A stretch of DNA of 47,078 nucleotides from Perkinsus chesapeaki ATCC PRA-425 (lineage: Eukaryota > Protista > Perkinsozoa), in NCBI GenBank assembly GCA_013115145.1, contig JAAPAO010000249.1, forward strand, positions 1 to 47,078, given 5' to 3'. Shown piece after piece: positions 11,714-21,183 of this stretch (its first letter is position 1; each line of letters opens with the position of its first letter). The notes under the pieces are model-generated. The model saw only the letters and a list, made by a program, of their open reading frames with translations. It searched no databases and was not told the DNA's origin. The translations under genes were made by a program, and so were the position numbers.

Positions 11714-12780
11714 ATTCAGATGAAGGTTAGCAATAATAATAATGCATTGTGTTGTTGGGTGTACTTTTGTCCAAACCAACACTCCGAACCCGAATCATAC
11801 ATGGATACACTCTGCCATGACTACTGTACAATCCATTTGTATGAAAGAACAAAGAATTCATTATTCACGAATTGACAATAACCCAATAACTGCATATGAT
11901 CTTGCTCGTGAATAAGCGAAGGGAGCTAACATACCTGGTTACCTTACCGATTAGCGTCGAAAGGTATAAGATCACGGCTATAGGGCGATTTAATATCTAA
12001 TGACGATTCGAGAGAGTACTGTAGATTGTTGGCCATAATAACGATGGTATAGTAACATGCCTCGATAAATGCAGTGTGTGGACTTGAATAAGTTAACTGA
12101 CTTGTCTATCGAGAGTCAATGGTTTATCTTGTAAATACACAACAGCCAGATCTTCATTTTCAAAGGTGGTGCTGACCAAATCACCTTCTTGTGGATATAC
12201 ATCGGGACATACACTATGCAGGCCATTATACCGATAGTGATGCGCACCTTCAGGAGGGCAGGGTTGCTTGCCAAATGTGAGTGTGGTGGCAAATAACTAA
12301 GCGAGGCCGTTGTGAGTTTAGTTGACGGTTACGGTATTCGAGTCTGGCCCACGGTTCATATCATCAATACCATCCTTGAATATCTCCACATTTCCACAGG
12401 ATACTTGAAAGAACACAAGGGCAACCACATTATTCCTACCAAATCTACCGCTGAGTCGAGGAAATGAGTATGAGATCTTGATGCCATCAGACTTGTGTGA
12501 AAAGTTACCGACAATTCCCTGCTCGATGATGAAAGAGGAGGCAACAAAGATCGTCGGTATGGCCATGCCTGATATGAGGATGATAGAACGAATTAACATC
12601 ATGTTTGGCGATTTTATAACAAACCGCACAGATCATTGAAGGGTAAGCGATAATACAGTTAGGCTATCTAATGCGACGCATTATATACGTACAAGTAAAC
12701 CTCGCAGATGCATTTCTATCGACTAATGACTTGATTATATTCTTTCCACGGTTCCAGCCAGTACTGGTCCCCGGAAGTTT
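11714..12780. repeat. Tandem segmental duplication, copy 2 (partner ~9749-10810)
   Basis: Same ordered homology blocks as copy 1. Confidence 0.85.
12093..12602 (-). CDS. Putative secreted lineage-specific protein, paralog B (one predicted 36-nt intron at 12297-12332, or a pseudogene)
   Basis: MMLIRSIILISGMAIPTIFVAS, SHKSD, VSCG, then in the same frame after two stops VCPDVYPQEGDLVSTTFENEDLAVVYLQDKPLTLDRQVS*, colinear with paralog A. Both stops lie inside a GT..AG 36-mer. Confidence 0.65.
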
Positions 12781-13238
12781 GATAATGTACAGATGAAAGT
12801 CTCTGATTGGGGTGTGGTTTGACCAACCAGTATCCGAGGCCGTCACAAACCTTAGACTTTATCATGAGCAATTCGAGTAGAAGCCCTCGCTTATAGGAAG
12901 TATCGTATGAATTCGTCCTTCCCCTACAGATATAAGATGGTTTCTGAGCATTGGCTGACGATTGTTGACTGCCTACTCTTGCTCATGACACCTCGAATTC
13001 ATATTATCCAAAGATGGAGTAGTGCAAGAGATGTAAGCGAAATGGATAAAATCTAAAGAAGGGCGCGGAGCGTCCGAGTGAATAAAAATCAAAGAAATGA
13101 GTCCCTCTAAAAAGGAGTCACATCCTGCTATGGTGAGTATCTATCATCATAGACGGCCTATAACAACCGTAAAAAGTTTCTAAACGAAGCCCGATATTTT
13201 ATCGGGCTGATGGTGAGGCAGAAAATACCGACAGGTAC

Positions 13239-13395
13239 ACCCAAAACCCGAGCTGTTATACAAGTCAACCCAAAACCCGAGCTGTTATATAAGTCAACCC
13301 AAAACCCGAGCTGTTATACAAGTCAACCCAAAAACCGAAATGTTATACAAGTCAACCCAAAAACCGAAATGTTATATAGGTTAACCCAAAACCCT
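13239..13395. repeat. 29-bp minisatellite, ~5.4 copies
   Basis: Unit ACCCAAAACCCGAGCTGTTATACAAGTCA; copies 4-5 carry the variant ACCCAAAAACCGAAATG. No spacers between units. Confidence 0.95.
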
Positions 13396-14728
13396 AGGTC
13401 CATTCGAGGTAAGCAACCGTAGCAGACTTTTCTTTAGGGAGAAAAGGACTTTAGCCGGAAGTCCCTTCGGAAAAGTGGGGATTTCTTTAGAAAAGATGAT
13501 TTGGCCTCGAAGATCTCGATTGATGAAGAGATCTTAGTTAGTTCTGGTTTAGGCGCGCAGTACAATATCAACTCCACATGGAACGCATTCGCATAGTGTA
13601 TTTATTCTTCATCATTTTGTTACATTACATCACATGTACGTCGTATTTTCTCTTGAAGGTTGTTGTTAGGTATATTTAGTCGCGTTGATCTGCCTTGAGG
13701 AGGTCCACAAAGAGTTCGTTGCTGAATTACCTTTACGTCAACGGCAAACTTTGATATTCATTAAGATTTAGATTAAAGTAGTCAATGTATCATTATCTAT
13801 TTAACGTTTTGTGCTCGAGTTGCTGCTTAGGTTATTATTTTGTGTTCTGCATCACATGTGCTCGTCATTGGTGGACAAGGTTTACCTCGAATGTACCAAA
13901 CTTATAACGATTTGACGATGATGAATTACGTTGAGCCCCTGTTATCCACGATAATCATTTTGGCTGTTGGCATGATACATGCCCATATCTGAGGTGTTCA
14001 GTGAGAACAAACATCACCAATCACCAAGAACCTCACATATCTATCCTTACAAACAACAACATGTCAACCAATCTTCCACGGTGTGAAGATATCGCTGCAC
14101 GACAGTATCTTCCGGTTTTCCAATTAGCCATCTTTAAAGTATGCCAAGTTACAATCTTCACTGTGTTCAACACTTTACTTGGAAGATGTGTAATTGAAAC
14201 TCCCTTCAGAACCCGAAATTCATGTCCTTGTTAGTGATAGTTTTCTGGTATCGAAAATTGCGGGTTTCATCTCGCACTTCACCTCGTACTTTTCTCATAC
14301 CTTTCCGTTTCTCACATCAAACCGTAAAATGCTATTAACAAGATTACCGTTGTTAGTCGTGAAGTATCGATATTATTAAAGGGTGGGTGAATGAGACTGT
14401 AACGAAATTACCGTTGTTAAGTATAGAGATGTGAATACTTGTTGTTAATATACCCTTAATTAACATAAACGCGTATTCAACATAAATGGTGGTGGAACTA
14501 CTACGAGAACGATTATGATCGATGTTGTTGTTGTTGTTGATTATGGTACAAATTGGTGAATAATAGTTATAAGAAGCAGCAGCAGCATTTAGTCACTCAT
14601 TTGAGTAACCTCGACCGTAACAGGCAATTAAGCCATATTGCGATCATAAGAGTAAAATGCTAATACTTCTTAATGATAACGTACAACAGTTGTTAAGCGT
14701 GACTTACTCACTACACGCTATCATGGCT

Positions 14729-15871
14729 TCAGTTAATAATAGGAGATGATGTTACACTACAAGGGCGGCAAGAAGAACTATCTTCAATTGATACTTCTTT
14801 AATCTGACTAAGTTTAATAGACTCTTCTTTAATCTTTCTATCATTCAAATGTCTTATTTCTAACATAGACCATATAGCCATAAGTTCAGCTCTAGTTGGA
14901 CCTCTGTGATGTTTAACAGCATTACCACTTGCCGCTTTACCAGGTAAAGTTAACGCCTTAGCAATACGGCTACCAGGAGCATCTTCAAGATATTGTAATC
15001 TTTCAAGCATTGGTAATGCAATACCAGCAGCAGCTTCAACTGCACTATATATTTGTGCACTTGTATAACCTTTAGACCTTAAACTTTTAATACGATCCAA
15101 ACCAGCAAGTGTCCATACACCATAATTAGCTTTAAATTCACATTCAGTAACAACTTGTGTACCTCTACCTTTACAAGCTCTACCCAATAGCCTATGTAAT
15201 GAACATCTACTATCCCTTCGACGTGAGCCCATATGAAGTCTTCTAAATGAACCATCATCCTTAAACAACTTAGCAGCCAAATTTGCCGGGTCATTGAACA
15301 TTGGCAAGTCGAGGGCAGTTGTAGCTGTTGTAGTCACCGATGATGATGCCTGTTGTTGAGGACCTGTTTGTTGATATTGTTCTGGTCTAATAGGTTGACG
15401 GAACTCAGTCTTAGGGGGCCTCTGTAACTTATGTTGTAATGTTGCCAGATAACGTGTACGCTCATTCATAAAGGCTGCCATTTGAGCAGCAGTAGACATA
15501 AGAGAGGCCGCAGTTTGAGCAGAAGTTGCTGAGGACGATGATAGTATACCAGTTTGGGGAGGACGTGTAGTAGATAGGCTTTGTTGAGGAGTAGGTACAC
15601 GATCAGATAATACATTGGGTATTATAGGTGTTTGATGATGTGAAGGCAATGAGGGGGCAGCTGGTATAGTTGGTCCTACTGCTGGTTGACCAGCAGCAGC
15701 TGCTTCATGTACCTCAGAATGATGATGGAATAATATAGTATCTGAGGGGGATGGTGATGGACTTAGGCTCATAGGTAGCAATAGACGAAGAACTGATTTA
15801 GGGCTATTTAGGGCCGACGCAAACTGCGCTGTCGGCCCAAACTGCGCAGTCTCAATATCTCGCTCGCCCAT
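14729..15871 (-). CDS. Intronless hypothetical protein (up to 380 aa; true start may be MSLSPSP near 15770)
   Basis: Longest ORF in the window. P/S/A/Q-rich N-terminal half and a basic, ordered-looking C-terminal half (RCSLHRLLGRACKGRGTQVVTECEF). Confidence 0.7.
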   Translation of the reverse strand: MGERDIETAQFGPTAQFASALNSPKSVLRLLLPMSLSPSPSPSDTILFHHHSEVHEAAAAGQPAVGPTIPAAPSLPSHHQTPIIPNVLSDRVPTPQQSLSTTRPPQTGILSSSSATSAQTAASLMSTAAQMAAFMNERTRYLATLQHKLQRPPKTEFRQPIRPEQYQQTGPQQQASSSVTTTATTALDLPMFNDPANLAAKLFKDDGSFRRLHMGSRRRDSRCSLHRLLGRACKGRGTQVVTECEFKANYGVWTLAGLDRIKSLRSKGYTSAQIYSAVEAAAGIALPMLERLQYLEDAPGSRIAKALTLPGKAASGNAVKHHRGPTRAELMAIWSMLEIRHLNDRKIKEESIKLSQIKEVSIEDSSSCRPCSVTSSPIIN

Positions 15872-15931
15872 CTAATCGATTATTAACAGCGCAAGTCGTT
15901 AAGGAGGATGATATGGTGACAGCGGCACACA

Positions 15932-17596
15932 ATGACACATCCATCATCAGTTATAAGACATCCAAGATCATTACAACAATTACGTCATTTAACATTACCA
16001 ATAGTAAATTAAATTATACAGTATATTAGTAATTGAGTACTATTAGGTACCTACATATGATCCTGAATCAGGACAATGGAAGATTATACCATATATAGTA
16101 ACAAGTCCAGATGCAAAGCGTCCAAGGATAGAGAAACCTGATATAGGCATAGATGAGGATAATAATGAAACATCAAGATCACCAACTAATGCTGGTGATC
16201 CAGTTGTAATAAATCTATTATAAATAAACTAAGTTAATATTAGCCCGAGCATGGTACACAACCAGCTCATATGCCACATGATGATAATATAGTACATGAG
16301 GAAAGACATACATTAAAGAAGAATGTAAAGGCAGCAGTGCAAGAACAAACAGCAGCAGGAGCGGCAATCACTGATAAAGTGATAATGTTACCTAATGATA
16401 AAGTTAAATCTTATATTAATATATCAGGTGGTGAATGGTTTTTCAACACCCTCCCATCATGAAGAGGAAAGACAAAAGGCTATGATGGTCGGAAGAAGAA
16501 GGATGATCGCACTGTGAAGGTTTTATAGGGTATCTTTGATAGGTACATTTGGTACCATTAAGCGGGTCAGTTGGGACTTGTCCTGAAATTGAAAGGATTC
16601 TAACTCGGGATAAACCTGATATTTTAATAGGTATGAATATAGGTTTAATAAAAATTATTATATAATAGGACGACAACGAATATCAAATAGTGGCAGTAGT
16701 GGTAATAATGTAACATGTGCACATGAGTCCTGTAGTAAACGGCATTTAATGATTAGTTTAAAAGCTAAGGTAATAATATAATAATATATATTAACTATGT
16801 ATATTATATATAGTTGATGGATAATCAAAAGCCTAAATTAATATTAACAGCACGAGACTTAAGTAATAAGGAAGGGGAGATGGTGGTGGATGGGTATGTG
16901 GTGATGGTGGATTTATTATTAATAATGTAGGTAAAAATGGTAGTTATATAAATGGAAGGAGAATGAAGCGTCATTCATTAATTGAATTAAGTCTCGGTGA
17001 TGTATTACATTTAACTAATAATACAGGTGGTGATGATTTAAATGCTGAGGTTGGATGGAAGATTGCTGATGCAAGTAATAGTAATAGTTATAGTATATGG
17101 GGTTATGGTGGTTTATAATAGGAATAGGTTGTTTTTGTTGTTATAAGGTACTACTATTGCATATTGGTCAAGTAATCGTTAATAGTGTACTACTACTACT
17201 ACAACAACGTTTAATATTGTACTATATAATATATTATTTATTATTATTATTGTGTTATAATATATTATTATATATCAGCTGCTTTCTCCTTCTTTGTTAT
17301 GCTTGATAATAAAGTGCCATCAGCAGCAGCAGCAGTAGGAGGAGGATCGGAACAACTATTTGATAAGGCTCGAGATGACTTAGGTGTATTAAGTAATTTA
17401 TTAGTTGAAGTTGAAACAATGCGGAGTGTTGGTGAAGGGGTGCCAGAAGAGAAGGTAATAATAGTAAAGGATGGGTATTATACATCTACACGGGCACTAA
17501 GACAACGGGGGGCATACATGTAAGGGAAATAAGGCCGCCGTTATGCTCATTGGTCGGGGGAATGGCCTCGTTAGATGGATCGGGAATGTCGTGTAG
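15932..17596 (+). CDS. FHA-domain protein, multi-exon (ends approximate)
   Basis: Spliced exons give DILIG|RQR, SCSKRHL, RDLS|KNGSYING and LSLGDVLHL, the GR, SxxH, DL.S.NG and L..GD signature of FHA domains. Confidence 0.75.
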
Positions 17597-18112
17597 TAAC
17601 TCAACCATGGGAATAGGGCAAAAGATTACTTAATTAGTCATCATGCTTTGATACTACTCCGATGTGAAACGGCCTAGTAGGGCGCGCGATAACGAAAGAT
17701 ACTTATAATCTTCGCGATGAGAATACTGGCGGGCCACGGGAGGTGTAGCTACTGGTTGCTACCACTCCAATATATACGCGTGAGGCCGCGGAGTAAAATC
17801 AAACAATGATCGACAATACAATAGATATACAGTGAATCGTTACACATCCTGAAACACACGTGGAACGCACATTGAAAGAAGCCAGTAGAAGTTATATATG
17901 GAGAAGATGAGGAGGAGGAGGAGGAGCGCTGGGTGAATCTTATTATGTTATTCTCCATGTCATCATCTGCTACTGCTACTGCTGCTACTGTTAGTCTGAC
18001 GTTAGTTGTTAAACGACACAGGATTGACCGTCGCAAGCATTATATTATTATGTATTATCTATCATCTTCACGCGCCCCACAATCAGTGCTGGCATCATCA
18101 ACCTTGCTTTAG

Positions 18113-18607
18113 ATATCTGATATTTTAATACAATTGCAGAAGATAAGACGGAATCATAGGCAACTGAGAGAAGTTGCCATGGCAGATGAGGAAGCAATAA
18201 ATAAAGCAGTTAATACAGGCCTACATAAAGGAATAATGGTAATCGATTAACTAATCGATTTGGATATATACAACAACAACTCAGGAATGTGAACAAGCAG
18301 CATTCAAGCGATCATTGTATGGGCAAGTAGTATGTGCTACCGAGCATCCCATGATACATGAGATGGTTAAATTAGCAGAAGGAATGGGAAAGGTGGTGGT
18401 TATAATGGGGTTTGGGGGGGCGTGGGTTCGATCCCGGCATCTGACATCAAGTGTATTACTTATATGAACCTGATAACTTTGAAGTCGATGTAGTGTTGCC
18501 TATCTTAGACATTCCCATCAAATGATAGTTTTGATAAGATAGATGCAACATTATCAGCTGAACTAAAGGCAAGGCAAGAGTTAGAGGATACATTAGACGG
18601 ATTGTAA
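18113..18607 (+). CDS. Hypothetical protein, 3' exons only (5' end ~17700-18100 unresolved)
   Basis: GT-AG-bounded open exons ISDILIQLQKIRRNHRQLREVAM, ECEQAAFKRSLYGQ, YYLYEPDNFEVD and TFPSNDSFDKIDATLSAELKARQELEDTLDGL*. Confidence 0.5.
18419..18446 (+). other. tRNA T-arm/B-box-like fragment in an intron
   Basis: GGCGTGGGTTCGATCCCGGCATCTGACA. Confidence 0.6.
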
Positions 18608-18935
18608 TAATAAAGGATAATGATAGGGAGATCTAATGCATGGTGGGTATAGGTGTAGTAAAAGAGAAGAATCTGCAAAGGACCTCGAAGCAAGAGAAAA
18701 ACTACATAAGTTAGTTGATCAGTAATAATAACATAACGTTTATTATATGGTCGTCTTGAAGATGGCCCTTTTTAGACGGATGGATGACCTACAGAAGGTT
18801 GTTAATCCGTTGATGAAAGCATTTGGTAATGAACAACAACAGCAACAATAACGTGATAATTATAATGGTTTCTTAATAATTACTATCTACAGAGTTATAT
18901 AATATTATTAAATGATGAGTTATTGTAGTTTAGCT

Positions 18936-20856
18936 ATGGCTAAATCTATACTTATACTTGGAGATGGTGACTTCTCATTTTCAGCATCATTAGCATCAGC
19001 TTTATTAGATCCACAAGAGGATAATGATGAGTAATAAGGGTAGATGGATACTTCATTATCAAATATCGAATATAATACGAGTGTCAGTAGTGGACTCTCT
19101 ATTATAAATGATCACCAGTATAATAATAATATTACATATACTACTATATAAGGGTAATATAACACAGCATTTACTCGCTCTTTTCGGTGGCGGTGGTCTA
19201 GTCTGAGTTAAGTCTTTACTGTTTATTATTGTAAATTATACACCTCTCAATTGTAACCATAGTGTTGTTATGTTCCAAGTTTCATGTTCGTGTGTGTGAA
19301 ATAAAAGTTATGCAACAATAAGCCAAAGTTGTATATCATCATCATCACCATCGGCGGTTTGGTTCAGCGGTGCGGTGTGGTGGTTATACTTTATGTTATA
19401 TGTCAGGCGGCGGCATTTGGGGGTATTATCTCTTTATCTTGGTTTACATCCTGATACATATACTATAAGGTTATTATGTACATCCTTTGATACTAGAGAG
19501 GATTTAAATAAAAAGTATGGTAGAGCGGTTGAAAATAATTTAAACAAGTTAAATGATTATAATATACAAGTTAAACATGGAGTAGATGCAGTGAGATTAC
19601 CACAACATATGATAAAAGGAGAAGTAATTATCATCATATTCCAGCGCGCCGCGAAATTAATCTCCTATTGTTGTTTGGTAGTTATTTGATGTTATCATTT
19701 GGAATCACCCACATTTGGGTGTTGAGGATGCTAAACTTCATCAACTTTTAATAGCACATTTCGCGGACTCGGCAAGGTAGTAATAATAAGGGACTAGCGG
19801 GAGAGCGTATATACTCCTGGGATACAAACTCATCAATAATAGAGGAATCTATTAAACGATATCATTATTATAGTTGTATCTTTTAGACGAGTTCTTAAAA
19901 GTGATGGAAGGATATTACTTTGTCTAGTAGATGGTCAATCAGAACGTTGGAATGTTACTAAGTTGGTATCAAATAATGGTTTACATATAATAGGAAAACC
20001 AAGACCATTTCCAACAGAGTTATTTCCAACATTTAGAATGGTTAGAAATAAAAGTAATCAAACATTTAAAAACCATCAAACACAAAAACAATGGGTTCCT
20101 GGCGGGAATGATGCGGAGACTGAAAATATGTATTCAACATTATATGTGTTGGCAAAAAATAGATGTGGTGAGAAGGCGGAGCGAAGCGATTCAGGAATTG
20201 ATAAAAGTGTGATCGAGTCCCCAATGAAGAGAGCTCGAAAGAAGAAAGGAGACTTCCTCTGTGAGAAATGTGATAAACGATTTACAACAAGTCAAGGTCT
20301 ATTCACCCACAACCGGCAAGTGCATGAATTAGGCCTTTACAATGGAAGAGGGGATGGAGTGAAATGTGATGAATGTGGTATAGAGTGTCGAGATAAGGAG
20401 GGATTAATGCAACATAGAATGGTAAAGCATTTATCGGGGGCTGATTTAAGTAGAAAAAGTGAGAGTATAGCATTAATAGGGACAGGAGAATTATGTAAGA
20501 TATGTGGTTATAGGCTAATGGAAGGTGAAAAGAATGGTGGAAATATAGATGGGCATCTAGCATTATTACAACCACTTGATAATGATGAAAATAAATTCAT
20601 ATGTGATAAGTGCGGTAGGGATTTTATAGACAATCGAGCATTGGTGCAACATAGTCTATTCTGTGGATTAGATGGCAGAGCGACGGATAAGTCGGATAAG
20701 AAGGACGTTCAGTCAAGTAATATTGCGAAGTTGATACTTCTTCTGGGAATTGGAGGCTTGGGCGGCGGTGCAATGGTATTAGTTTGTGCTGTTTTATCAA
20801 GGCTTCAATATTATAGCTTTAATAATAGATTGGTTAATAGGTTACTACATAAGTAG
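18936..20856 (+). CDS. DUF2431/BMT5-like rRNA (uridine-N3) methyltransferase domain fused to C2H2 zinc fingers and a hydrophobic tail
   Basis: MAKSILILGDGDFSFSASL, LLCTSFD, VKHGVDA, FDVIIWNHPHLG and LLIAHFADSA are DUF2431 motifs. The long last exon has CEKCDKRFTTSQGLFTHNRQVH, CDECG..LMQHRMVKH, CDKCGRDF..LVQH and LILLLGIGGLGGGAMVLVCAVL. Confidence 0.85.
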
Positions 20857-20970
20857 TAATAATAGTACTATTGTTGGTGGTGTTGTTGCATGAAGTAGTA
20901 GTAGTATGAATTATGCATTATAACCACCTTTAACTTTGAGTTTAGTATTATGTAATATTGGATAATGGAG

Positions 20971-21006
20971 GACGTGGGTTCGAATCCCAGCAAGGGTGTT
21001 TCTTTT
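20971..21006 (+). other. tRNA T-arm/B-box-like fragment (intergenic)
   Basis: GACGTGGGTTCGAATCCCAGCAAGGGTGTTTCTTTT. Confidence 0.65.
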
Positions 21007-21183
21007 CAGATAATAATAGAGTGTATGCTGAATCTTGACTATTGTTGTATACTACGGCCGCCGCCGACGCCTGTATTGTATATGAACTTACGTTGTTTCT
21101 CACCGACTAAGCTCTGAGTTATTGATCAAGTAGTTGATGATGACGATCTAGTTGGTGGTTGATTAAGTTATATTTTGGTAATA

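Noticed and set aside
13239-13395. 29-bp repeats as a CRISPR array
   Set aside because: Units are contiguous with no unique spacers, there are no cas genes, and the context is eukaryotic.
19024-19206. Box C (ATGATGA) and box D (CTGA) snoRNA
   Set aside because: The C box overlaps the exon, and ATGATGA is ubiquitous in this GAT-repeat-rich DNA.
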